Shown here piece by piece: positions 8,023 to 16,621 of a stretch of DNA of 37,057 bases. Location of the stretch: contig JANYGY010000155.1 of assembly GCA_025362255.1 (NCBI GenBank), forward strand, positions 1 to 37,057, given 5' to 3'. Below the pieces are notes generated by a model, which saw only the letters and a program-made list of their open reading frames with translations, was not told the DNA's origin and ran no database searches. Made by a program: the position numbers and the translations under genes. The DNA comes from Planctomycetales bacterium. Lineage in GTDB: Bacteria > Planctomycetota > UBA11346. The stretch's first letter is position 1; the number at the start of each line of letters is the position of its first letter.

Positions 8023-10050
8023 TTAGCGATCGACGATGACGAAGCGGAAGCCGAGATCAGGTTGCCGTTGTTGCGGGTCGATGGCTTGGCGGGCGGCGCT
8101 GCGGGCGGCGGATTCGGGTTGGCTGTAGGCGCCGCCGCGCACCACCGAGAGCGCACCAAAACGGTTGTCGGGGTCGACCTCTGGCTCCGCGGACAACGGG
8201 TCGCTCCCATTCCAGTTGTCGAGGCACCATTCGCTGACGTTGCCGGGCAGATCGAACAGTCCGTAGCGATTCGGCTGACCGCTGCCGACCGGGCGGGGGG
8301 CGTTGCCAGCGATGGCTTCGCCGGAGTCGGCGCGCGGGCCGTTGGGAAATGCGCTGAGCGATTCCGCACGGCAGGCGTATTCCCATTCGGCCTCGGTCGG
8401 CAGACGCGTTTCCTGCTGATTCATCTGGGCGTTGAGAGTCATCAGAAAATCGTGGGCTTCGTGCCAGCTGATGTCAGTGATCGGGGCCGGACCAGCCGCG
8501 TCGCCGCCCATCACCGCCCGCCACAGATCACGGCTGACCTCGGTATCGGTGATCCAGAATGGCCGGGTGAGGGTGACTTGATGAAGGGTTTCGCTGGCTC
8601 CTCGGCCCGGTTCGTCCGGCGGGCTGCCCATGTGAAAAGTCCCCCCGGGCAGATGCCGCAATCGGATCGAGGCATTGCCGCTGACCAGTCGCGCCCAGTC
8701 GCCGAACTGATCGCGCCCGCGATTTTGAATCCACGATTGGAGCGTCTTATCCGGCGCCGATTGGCCCACGGGTGAGTCGGCCGTGGCACCCGCAACCGTG
8801 GTTTTGGGCCGTGAGGTCCCGCCTTGCAGTGACCAGATCACCAGGGCCAGCACAGCGGCGGCGGTGCCGTAGGCGAGCACCGTGATCACGGTGCCGTTCA
8901 CCTGCGGTGCGACCGGCGCAGCGACCACCGGCGCGCGCCGAGCGCTGAGCGACGTAGGTTCGGCAGCGGTCGAAATGTCGATCGCCGCCGGAAGCTGCGC
9001 GAACGCCAACGGCAGATGATCGCGCGCACGCTCGAGATCGACGCGCAGCGCGGTCGGGTCGGCGTAACGCTTCTCCCGGTCTTTTTCCAGGCAGGCGCGG
9101 ATGATCGCCGCCACCGCCGGGCTCAATGTCCGATTGTGCAATCGGGGATCGGGCGAGGGCTCGGTCAGGATGCGGGTGGTCACGACGAACGCGGTCGGGC
9201 CGGTGAAAGGCTCGGTCCCGGTGAGGATCGTGAACAGCGTCGCCCCCAGCGCATACAGATCGCTGCGGATGTCGATGTCGGCGATACCGCGCAGTTGTTC
9301 GGGCGGCATGTACGCCGGGGTGCCCCAGGCATTGCCGGTCATGGTCATGCGGTCTTCGCCATCGACGTGTCGCGCCAGTCCCAGGTCGCCGATCTTCGGC
9401 TCGCCCGTGCGATCGAGGAAAATATTCGCCGGCTTGATGTCACGATGCACCAGGCCCGCGGCGTAGATCGCTTCAAGGCCTTTGCAGCAGCCGATCATGA
9501 TCTTGAAAGCGGTCGCCTCATCGATGGTGCCGCGGGTCTTGAGCAGCTTGCCGAGATCGATGCCATCAACGAACTCGATCGCCATGAACAGGAAGCCATC
9601 GACCTCGCCGGAATCGTGGATCGCGACCACGTTGGGGTGGCTGACCGCCGCCATCGCCTTGGACTCACGCAGGAAGCGTTCGCTGAACGCGCGATCATCC
9701 GAGACATTCGGGCGCAGCAGTTTCAGCGCGACCTGACGCTTGAGCCGGACGTGCTCGGCGAGGTGGACTTCGCCCATGCCGCCGATGCCCAGCGGCCGCA
9801 GCCGGCGATAGCCGGCGAATTCAAGGGGGATCGGACGCGGCGCAGCACTGGCTGCCTTCATCGCCACCCCAGACACCGCGATCCCAGACACCGCGATCCC
9901 AGACAGGTCGCCATCAGGTACCGCCGAGAGCGGCAAGGTCTGCTGTTCAGACGTTGGCAGCTCAGAAGTCGGAGTTGCGGGCGGCGTATTTTGCGGTGGG
10001 GGCATGGCTGCGAGGGAAGGATGACACCGAATTCGTTCAGCGGCAATCAC
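8023..10050 (-). CDS. Ser/Thr protein kinase fused to a C-terminal FGE-sulfatase (SUMF1-like) domain
   Basis: Hanks kinase motifs: GIGGMGEV, VALKLL, HRDIKPANIFL, DLGLA, GTPAYMPPEQ. A TM segment (VITVLAYGTAAAVLALVIW) follows. The FGE-type domain shows GGTFHMGSP, WEYACRA, NRYGLFDLPGNVSEWC and VVRGGAY. The start is uncertain; the in-frame MPPPQ at 10005 is an alternative. Confidence 0.85.
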   Translation of the reverse strand: MIAAERIRCHPSLAAMPPPQNTPPATPTSELPTSEQQTLPLSAVPDGDLSGIAVSGIAVSGVAMKAASAAPRPIPLEFAGYRRLRPLGIGGMGEVHLAEHVRLKRQVALKLLRPNVSDDRAFSERFLRESKAMAAVSHPNVVAIHDSGEVDGFLFMAIEFVDGIDLGKLLKTRGTIDEATAFKIMIGCCKGLEAIYAAGLVHRDIKPANIFLDRTGEPKIGDLGLARHVDGEDRMTMTGNAWGTPAYMPPEQLRGIADIDIRSDLYALGATLFTILTGTEPFTGPTAFVVTTRILTEPSPDPRLHNRTLSPAVAAIIRACLEKDREKRYADPTALRVDLERARDHLPLAFAQLPAAIDISTAAEPTSLSARRAPVVAAPVAPQVNGTVITVLAYGTAAAVLALVIWSLQGGTSRPKTTVAGATADSPVGQSAPDKTLQSWIQNRGRDQFGDWARLVSGNASIRLRHLPGGTFHMGSPPDEPGRGASETLHQVTLTRPFWITDTEVSRDLWRAVMGGDAAGPAPITDISWHEAHDFLMTLNAQMNQQETRLPTEAEWEYACRAESLSAFPNGPRADSGEAIAGNAPRPVGSGQPNRYGLFDLPGNVSEWCLDNWNGSDPLSAEPEVDPDNRFGALSVVRGGAYSQPESAARSAARQAIDPQQRQPDLGFRFVIVDR
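9868..9906. repeat. 15-bp tandem repeat (2.6 copies) inside the kinase N-terminal region
   Basis: CCCAGACACCGCGAT x2 plus a partial copy, encoding GIAVS-GIAVS-G on the minus strand. Confidence 0.7.
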
Positions 10051-10068
10051 CGGCCCAAACGAGCGTGG

Positions 10069-10950
10069 TCATCCCACGCGGGCCAGCCCCGCGTTGTCGA
10101 ATTCGACCACCCGGACATCCGCCGTCACGCCGCGGACCAGGTAACTCTGCGCGACCGCCGCCTGGATCGCCTGCGCCTGGGCTCGGGGCGCAAAGCTGAG
10201 CACGGTCGAGCCCGAGCCCGAGAGGATCGTGCCGATCGCCCCGGCGGCGTCGGCGGCGGCGCGCGCTTCGCCCAAGCCGGGGTTCAGCGGCGCCCGGAAG
10301 CGTTCGTGCCACGCATCGGCGAACAGTCCGCGCAGGGATTCGATCCGTCCTTGAGCCAACGCGGCAGTGATCAACGCCGTGCGTTGCAGGCCGCAGATAG
10401 CGTCGGCGCGACTCAGGTCGCTGGGCAAGATCCGCCGCGCCTCGCTGGTCTTGACCTCGAACGGAGGAATCGCGATCACCGCCACGAGGCGATCGGGCAC
10501 CGCGAGCTTGGCCCACTGCAACCGCCCACCGACGGTGCCGACGACGGTCACGCCACCGAGGGTCGCTGCCGCCACGTTGTCGGGATGGCCCTCGATCGCC
10601 GCGGCGATTTCAAGCACCGCCGCGACATCGGCGGGCAGCCCGGCGAGATCGCGGCAGGCTGCCGCCACCCCGCAGAGGATGGTCGCCGACGACCCCATTC
10701 CGCGCGCGATCGGGACGTCACCGGCGACCGTCACCGAAAAGCCGCCGATGGTCACGCCCCACGCCGCGGCACACGCTGCACGCACCTGTTCGGCGAGTAC
10801 GCGCAAGCCGGGGTCGGCGGCTGCGGGCGCGATGACCGAGGCGCCGCCGGGAATCACGGTGATGTGATTGGCCAAGCCGAGGGCGATGCCCAGGCAGTCG
10901 AAGCCGTGGCCGAGGTTGGTGGTCGAAGCGGGAACGCGGTAGGTGGGCAT
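10069..10950 (-). CDS. thrB: Homoserine kinase
   Basis: 293 aa. N-terminus YRVPASTTNLGHGFDCLGIAL, GHMP motif PIARGMGSSAT, EGHPDNVAAATLGG and ILSGSGSTVLSFA are collinear with E. coli ThrB. Confidence 0.85.
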   Translation of the reverse strand: MPTYRVPASTTNLGHGFDCLGIALGLANHITVIPGGASVIAPAAADPGLRVLAEQVRAACAAAWGVTIGGFSVTVAGDVPIARGMGSSATILCGVAAACRDLAGLPADVAAVLEIAAAIEGHPDNVAAATLGGVTVVGTVGGRLQWAKLAVPDRLVAVIAIPPFEVKTSEARRILPSDLSRADAICGLQRTALITAALAQGRIESLRGLFADAWHERFRAPLNPGLGEARAAADAAGAIGTILSGSGSTVLSFAPRAQAQAIQAAVAQSYLVRGVTADVRVVEFDNAGLARVG

Positions 10951-10971
10951 AAGATTTGAACGCAGAAAATT

Positions 10972-11457
10972 TCAGCGCAGGTCGATCGCGGTGGCGCGGG
11001 CCTCGGCCCTCGCCGCGGTGCGCGCATCGCCGGCGTCGCTGGCCACCAGGGCGAGGAAATTCCAGGTGCCGGATTCTTCGGGCGCGGCCGCGACCAACCG
11101 TCGGGCGAGCGTCACGGCTTCGTTGCTACGGCCTTGCAGATAGGCGATCGCGGCCAACCGGTGCAACGCGCGGACCGCGACCGGATCGAAGGTCGCGCGG
11201 CGCCTGAGCCACCACCACCAGCCACTGGCGATCAGCGCCAACGCCGCGTACGCGCTGACGAATCCGCCGATCAGGGGCCACGCGGCGGCGCGGGTGAAGA
11301 TCGCCAGCACGCCGAGGATCAACGCGATCAGGATCACCGTCGGCACCAGCAGCAGCAATCCCGCATTCAGCCGGCCAGTGATCAGCAGGCCGGCGCCGGG
11401 CAGCACGCAGTTGAGCAGCGGCAATCGCCAAGAAGACGCACGCGATGCGGTCGGCAT
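10972..11457 (-). CDS. Small membrane protein with TPR-like C-terminus
   Basis: Only the last 161 codons of track ORF 10972..12156 look protein-like: two or three TM helices (LPGAGLLITG..., WPLIGGFVSAYAALALIASGWWWW) followed by a TPR-like segment. The upstream part is S/R-rich junk antisense to rarA. ATG verified at 11457-11455. Confidence 0.5.
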   Translation of the reverse strand: MPTASRASSWRLPLLNCVLPGAGLLITGRLNAGLLLLVPTVILIALILGVLAIFTRAAAWPLIGGFVSAYAALALIASGWWWWLRRRATFDPVAVRALHRLAAIAYLQGRSNEAVTLARRLVAAAPEESGTWNFLALVASDAGDARTAARAEARATAIDLR

Positions 11458-11509
11458 GGGCGCAGGCTCGCCGCGCTTGGCCCTGGGCAATCGGTGGTTT
11501 GATGGAGCC

Positions 11510-12790
11510 ATGACCGTGACCCCTCTGCCCGAACGGTTGCGCCCGCGCACGCTGGAGGACATCACCGGCCAAGCGCACCTGCTCGGACCTGATGGCGTCA
11601 TCTCGCGCCTGCTGGCCAGTGGACATCTGCCGTCGCTGCTGCTGTGGGGCCCGCCGGGGTGCGGCAAGACCACCATCGCGCGCTTGCTGGCGCAGCGCCT
11701 GGGATTGCGCTTCGTGCCTTTTTCGGCGGTTCTGGGCGGTGTTCCCGAACTGCGCGCGGTGATCGCCGAGGCCGCCGCGACGCGCAATCTCGGCCAGGGC
11801 ACCCTGCTGTTCATTGATGAGCTGCATCGATTCTCCAAATCGCAGCAGGACGCGCTGCTGCCCCACGTCGAGGCCGGCACCGTGCTGTTAGTGGGTGCGA
11901 CCACCGAGAATCCGAGCTTCGCGATCAACCGCGCGCTGCTCTCACGGGCGCGGGCCTTCACCTTGCGTGCGCTTGATCCGGCGGCGCTCGGCGAACTCAT
12001 CGACCGTGCGCTCAGCCATCCGGAAGGTCTGCCGGAAGTCACCGTCGAACCGGTGGCGCGCGAGCTGCTGGTGCGTTTTGCCGCGGGCGATGGGCGGCGG
12101 CTGCTGATCCTGCTCGAAGGCGCAGCTGCTTTGACGGCGGCGGGCGAGGCCGTCACCGCCGAGACTGTCGCCGAGGTCGCCGCCGCGCCGGCGCCCGATC
12201 ACGACAAGCGCGGCGAAAGCCATTACGACGTCGCGTCGGCCTTCATCAAAAGCATGCGCGCCAGCGACGTGCAGGCGGCGTTGTTCTACCTCGCGCGGCA
12301 ACTCGAAAGTGGCGAAGATCCGACGTTTGTCGCTCGGCGGATCATCATCTTCGCCTGCGAGGATGTCGGCTTGGCCGATCCCCAGGCGCTGGTGATCGCA
12401 GCCAGCGCCCTGACCGCGGCTTCGAACATCGGCATGCCCGAGGCCATCTATCCGCTGAGCCAAGCGGTGATCTATTGCGCCACCGCGCCGAAATCGAACA
12501 CCACCAAAGCCTATTTCGCCGCTGCCGAGGCGGTGCGCGCGCATCCTGCGGCGCAGGTGCCTCTGTTTTTGCGCAACGCTCCGACCCAGTTCATGGCCGA
12601 TCTCGGCTACACCGCGGGCTATGTCTACGACCACGATGCCCCCGAGCATTTTGCCGGTCAGCAGTGCCTGCCCGACGAGCTGCTCGGTTCTGAATTCTAC
12701 GCTCCCGGTGCTTTCGGTTTCGAAAAGGAGATTGCCAAGCGGCTGGAGTGGTGGCAGGCCCGGCGCAAGCCACGCGGTGGCACGATCTGA
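11510..12790 (+). CDS. rarA: Replication-associated recombination protein A (AAA+ ATPase RarA/MgsA)
   Basis: Start taken at MTVTPLPERLRPRTLEDITGQ (ATG 11510). Walker A GPPGCGKTT, Walker B LFIDELHRF, and an MgsA C-terminal domain (HYDVASAFIKSMRASD, ...YDHD). The track ORF start at 11294 would overlap the divergent gene. Confidence 0.85.
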   Translation: MTVTPLPERLRPRTLEDITGQAHLLGPDGVISRLLASGHLPSLLLWGPPGCGKTTIARLLAQRLGLRFVPFSAVLGGVPELRAVIAEAAATRNLGQGTLLFIDELHRFSKSQQDALLPHVEAGTVLLVGATTENPSFAINRALLSRARAFTLRALDPAALGELIDRALSHPEGLPEVTVEPVARELLVRFAAGDGRRLLILLEGAAALTAAGEAVTAETVAEVAAAPAPDHDKRGESHYDVASAFIKSMRASDVQAALFYLARQLESGEDPTFVARRIIIFACEDVGLADPQALVIAASALTAASNIGMPEAIYPLSQAVIYCATAPKSNTTKAYFAAAEAVRAHPAAQVPLFLRNAPTQFMADLGYTAGYVYDHDAPEHFAGQQCLPDELLGSEFYAPGAFGFEKEIAKRLEWWQARRKPRGGTI

Positions 12791-12868
12791 GCCGGCTGGC
12801 CCAGCTTGGCTTGGCGTGCGCGGCTGCATGCTGCCGCCGCCGTCATCCGGCAGAAAGCCCCGGGCCCC

Positions 12869-13366
12869 ATGAACATCGTCAAGAACGCCGTTGTCAGCAT
12901 GAATTACAAAGTCGGCACCGCTGCCGGCGAACATGTCGACGCCAGCCAGCCCGGCGAGCCGCTGGTCTTTCTGTGCGGTCATAGCCAGATCATCAACGGC
13001 CTGGAAAGCGCCCTGCTCGGCAAGAAAGCCGGCGACAAGCTGGCGATCGATGTCGCGGCCAAGGATGCCTACGGCGAAGTCGACGATGAGCTCGATATCA
13101 AGGTCAACAAAAGCATGTTCCCCAAGGACGCGCAGAAGAACCTCCAAGAAGGTTTCCAATTTCGCGCCGAGCATCCGACCAAGGAGAAGACCGAGGTCAC
13201 CTTCACCATCCACGGCATCGAAGGCGATGACGTGCTGGTCAGCGGCAACCACCCGTTAGCCGGCGAGAACCTCCATTTCGAAGTCGAGATTCTTGAAGTG
13301 CGCGCGGCGAGCAGCGAAGAGCTCGACCATGGGCATGTGCATGGGGCTGGCGGCCATCATCACTAA
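12869..13366 (+). CDS. slyD: FKBP-type peptidyl-prolyl isomerase SlyD
   Basis: Start at MNIVKNAVVSMNYKV (ATG 12869). Collinear with E. coli SlyD, including HPLAGENLHFEVEILEVR and the His-rich tail HGHVHGAGGHHH. Confidence 0.85.
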   Translation: MNIVKNAVVSMNYKVGTAAGEHVDASQPGEPLVFLCGHSQIINGLESALLGKKAGDKLAIDVAAKDAYGEVDDELDIKVNKSMFPKDAQKNLQEGFQFRAEHPTKEKTEVTFTIHGIEGDDVLVSGNHPLAGENLHFEVEILEVRAASSEELDHGHVHGAGGHHH

Positions 13367-13540
13367 CGGCAGCGGGTTCGCTTCGCTCACGCGGCGGGCC
13401 TAGGGCCCACCTACGGGCGCAGGCGCCCGCCGCTGCCTGCTGACGCCGTGCTCGCTTCGCTGCGCGCGGGTCAGCGCTGTTCGCGGGGGCCCGCCCCCGC
13501 TACGCCCTCGGCCGGTGGCTGCGCCCCCGGACCCCGCTCG

Positions 13541-13579
13541 ACTCGAAACGTGGCATGGGCGGCTCGCCCATGTTCGAGT
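13541..13579. repeat. REP-like element, copy 5, with complementary outer flanks
   Basis: ACTCGAA-ACGTGG-CATGGGCG-GCT-CGCCCATG-TTCGAGT. The outer 7-bp stem and inner 8-bp stem were read directly. Confidence 0.85.
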
Positions 13580-13629
13580 TGCATCGCACTTCCTGGGCGC
13601 GCCGACGTCCATGTCGACGCTCCCAGGTT

Positions 13630-13668
13630 ACTCGAAACGTGGCATGGGCGGCTCGCCCATGTGCGGGT
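13630..13668. repeat. REP-like element, copy 6
   Basis: ACTCGAA-ACGTGG-CATGGGCG-GCT-CGCCCATG-TGCGGGT. The left flank matches copy 5 and the right flank matches copies 1 and 3, so the outer flanks are not complementary. Confidence 0.8.
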
Positions 13669-13717
13669 CCAGTGGATATGACCCCGATCAAACCCTCACC
13701 CTGTCGCCTGCGGTGGG

Positions 13718-16603
13718 GTGGAGTACGGTTCGGCCATGCCGGCTGAAAATCCTGCGGTTCATTCTCGGGTGATCGTGTTGGGGCTGGTGATTACCGGCTT
13801 GGGGCTGCTGTTCGCGGTGCGCTTGGTGCAATTGCAGGTGGTGGATGGGGCGCGTTATGCGCAGGTCGTCGACCAGTCGCGGGTGGTGGTGGAGATCATC
13901 CAGCCCCGCCGTGGGCGGATCCTGGATCGCAGTGGGACGCCGATCGCGGATACGCGGTTGGTCTATCATGCGGCGGTGGTGTTTTCCGATCTGGAAGTGT
14001 CCGCCAGGCTGCGTGGCGCGTATACCATCTGGCGCTTGGATGAGCGGCGCCTGGGCGAGTTGCTGGTCGATCTCACGGGGCGCGTGCGGGTGCCGCCGGG
14101 GAGCAGTCTGCGTGAGCTGGTGGTCGGCGAGCTGATGGCCTTTCCCGCGGTGGCCGAGCGTTCGGGGCCGCCCCGCAGCCAAGCCCCACTGAGTCTGCTG
14201 GGGTTGCCGAAAGACGCTTTGAATCCGTATCGCAGCGATGACGAGCAGGCGGATGTCGCGCAGCTGGCCGAGGGCGATCTGTTTGGCGAAGACCCGGTCG
14301 CGGCGTTGCAGAAGGAACTGCGGCTGCGCTGGAATCTCGATGCCACGGTGATCACCGAGGCGGTGTTTGCGACGGCCGCCACCGCGTTGGAGCGCGATTT
14401 CCGGCTCGGCGGCAGCGACCGGGTGCGCGATCTGCTGGAGCCGTTCATGCCGGCTTTTTCCATCGCATTGCCCCAGGCGATGGCCGCGCCGGAGGCGCCG
14501 CCGCAAACCGTCAGCGTGGCCCTGCGCCTGCTGATCAGCGATCAACGGCAACAAGCCGAAGCCGCGGTGGCGCGCGCGGCTGACGCCGATGTGCGGTTGG
14601 TCGGCGAACGCCTGACCCGCGCCCTGGCCGAGGCCCACGCCGCGCATCCGCTGGTGCCGTCGCCGATTTATTACGCGGCGGGCATCGATGCCGAGCAGAT
14701 CGCGCCGCGTCTGCCAAGCGGCACGGTGATGCAGCACATCGAACTCACCGGCGTCCCCGGCGCGCGTGAGCGGGTGCTCCTGATCCAAGGCGACCCGCCT
14801 GATGGCGAAGGCCTGTACACTCGGCTGACGCGTCGCGTAGCCGCCAACCTCGGGCTGGATCCGTTGACCCTGCAGGCGCTCATCGAGGCCCACGGCGAAG
14901 CGCTGACCGCGCGCAAGGCGGACAAAGCGCATCGCACGCACGTGCTGGTGCTCGATGCCGCGCGCCTCGATCGCTTGGCCGATGGCTTGGCCGCCGAGTT
15001 GACGGCGCATGGGCAACCCACGAGCCGTTTGGAAGTCGACAAATTGCTGGCAAAGGCCCGGCGCACCGTTGATCAGGAGTGGACCGGTCAGACGCGGCGT
15101 GATCCGATTGCGTTATTCGCCGATATTCCGCAGGCGTTTGCCGTGCGCTTTGCCGGACGTGACGCCGAGCCGCCAAAGGATCTGCTCAAACGCTATGACG
15201 ACGGCGGCGCCGAATTGCCCGGCCTGACCGTGTCGACCGGCACCGGCCGAGCGTATCCATTTGGCGCCAGCCTGTGCCACACCTTGGGGATGATCGGCGT
15301 CGATCCGGCGAATCACGAAGGGCCAGCAACCGGACGTTGGGGGTTGGAGCAGGTTTACGACAGTCAATTGCGCGGCATGGCGGGCAGCCGCGTGCACGTG
15401 CGCACGCCCGATGGGGTGCGCGAGGCAGCCCTCGATCCGGCGCTCGATGGCCAGGACCTGACCACCGAAATCGACATGGAGGTGCAGACCATCGCCGAGG
15501 ATTCGCTCGAGCATTATCTCGAACTCGCGCAAGTGCTCGGCAGCGCCACCGACCGCATGGAGCACGCGCATGAAATCGGCAAAGGCCGCGCCGGATTCGT
15601 CCTCCTCGATTGCCAGACCGGTGGGATCCTGGCGCTGGCGTCGAATCCGCGGTTCACCTATGCGCAACTGCGCACCGATTATCAGAAGCTGATCGCGGAT
15701 CCGGCTGAGCCGCTGATCGATCATGCCGCGGTTCCGGCGCAGCCGCCGGGATCTTCATTCAAGATTTTGACGGCCTTGGCCTGTCTCGAATACAGCGTCA
15801 TCGTGCCTGGAGAAAAGATCACCTCGCAGGGATACATGACGATGTACAAAGGCAAAAAGGTCCTGCGCGATCATGCCCTGCCCGGCAGTTACGATCTCAG
15901 CGAAGCGATCCAGGTGTCCTCGAACGTCTACTTCGCCACGATCGGCGCCAAGCTTGGCGCTGATCGCCTGGTGGCGATCGCCGACAAGTTCGGACTCGGC
16001 CGGCGAGTCGCCCTCGATGTGCAACAGCAACGTGCCGGAGTCCTGCCGATGCCGAAGCAGATCGCGCTGCTGCGGCCGAGCGAACCGCACTGGACGCCGA
16101 ACGATACGTGGCGCATGGCCATCGGCCAATTCGCCACCGCCAGTCCGCTGCAATGCGCGGTGATTGCGGCGGCGGTCGCCAATGGAGGTCACATCGTGCA
16201 ACCGTACCTGGTCCGCCCGACGGCCCAGCCGGCGGTGGTCGATCTGCATATCAAAAAAGAATGGCTCGGCGAAATCCGCGACGGCATGGAACGCGTCACG
16301 GCCAATCTCGATCATTCGACGGCCAAGCTGCTGGTCCTGCAAGGCAGCGCCGCAGGGATCAAGGTCGCAGCCAAGACCGGCACCGCCGAATGGGGCAGCG
16401 CGGCGCAGCGCGAAGCCGGCCTACGCCCGGATCACGCGTGGATGATCGGATATGCTCCGGCCGATAATCCGACCGTCGCATTCGCCTGTTTCGTCAACTG
16501 CGGAACCTTCGGCGGCCAGGCCTGCACGCCGATCGTCAAGCGCGTGCTCGAAACCTATTTTGCCAAGTACGGCCGCGAGGGTCATCTCGTCGGCGCCAAA
16601 TAG
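13718..16603 (+). CDS. mrdA: Class B penicillin-binding protein 2 (elongation transpeptidase) with an expanded N-terminal module
   Basis: N-terminal TM. PBP-dimer start RRGRILDRSGTPIA and re-entry GRAYPFGASLCHTLGMIG. Transpeptidase motifs SSFK (PPGSSFKILT), SSN (QVSSNVYF) and KTGTAE. GTG at 13718 or ATG at 13736 as start. Confidence 0.8.
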   Translation: MEYGSAMPAENPAVHSRVIVLGLVITGLGLLFAVRLVQLQVVDGARYAQVVDQSRVVVEIIQPRRGRILDRSGTPIADTRLVYHAAVVFSDLEVSARLRGAYTIWRLDERRLGELLVDLTGRVRVPPGSSLRELVVGELMAFPAVAERSGPPRSQAPLSLLGLPKDALNPYRSDDEQADVAQLAEGDLFGEDPVAALQKELRLRWNLDATVITEAVFATAATALERDFRLGGSDRVRDLLEPFMPAFSIALPQAMAAPEAPPQTVSVALRLLISDQRQQAEAAVARAADADVRLVGERLTRALAEAHAAHPLVPSPIYYAAGIDAEQIAPRLPSGTVMQHIELTGVPGARERVLLIQGDPPDGEGLYTRLTRRVAANLGLDPLTLQALIEAHGEALTARKADKAHRTHVLVLDAARLDRLADGLAAELTAHGQPTSRLEVDKLLAKARRTVDQEWTGQTRRDPIALFADIPQAFAVRFAGRDAEPPKDLLKRYDDGGAELPGLTVSTGTGRAYPFGASLCHTLGMIGVDPANHEGPATGRWGLEQVYDSQLRGMAGSRVHVRTPDGVREAALDPALDGQDLTTEIDMEVQTIAEDSLEHYLELAQVLGSATDRMEHAHEIGKGRAGFVLLDCQTGGILALASNPRFTYAQLRTDYQKLIADPAEPLIDHAAVPAQPPGSSFKILTALACLEYSVIVPGEKITSQGYMTMYKGKKVLRDHALPGSYDLSEAIQVSSNVYFATIGAKLGADRLVAIADKFGLGRRVALDVQQQRAGVLPMPKQIALLRPSEPHWTPNDTWRMAIGQFATASPLQCAVIAAAVANGGHIVQPYLVRPTAQPAVVDLHIKKEWLGEIRDGMERVTANLDHSTAKLLVLQGSAAGIKVAAKTGTAEWGSAAQREAGLRPDHAWMIGYAPADNPTVAFACFVNCGTFGGQACTPIVKRVLETYFAKYGREGHLVGAK

Positions 16604-16621
16604 CGCTTAAAATTCCCTGCT

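Noticed and set aside
7135-8775. ORFs crossing the REP cluster (7135-8001 minus, 7773-8369 minus, 7861-8775 plus) and those at 13400-13772, encoding WHGRLAHV / MGEPPMPR-type peptides.
   Set aside because: These peptides are translations of the palindromic repeat in different frames and orientations. The remainder of each ORF is antisense to real genes.
11458-12156. N-terminal 233 codons of track ORF 10972-12156, and the 11294-11509 extension of the rarA ORF.
   Set aside because: The extensions are Ser/Arg-rich or low-complexity and mutually overlapping on opposite strands. Internal ATGs at 11457 and 11510 give proteins of normal length with a 52-bp divergent spacer.
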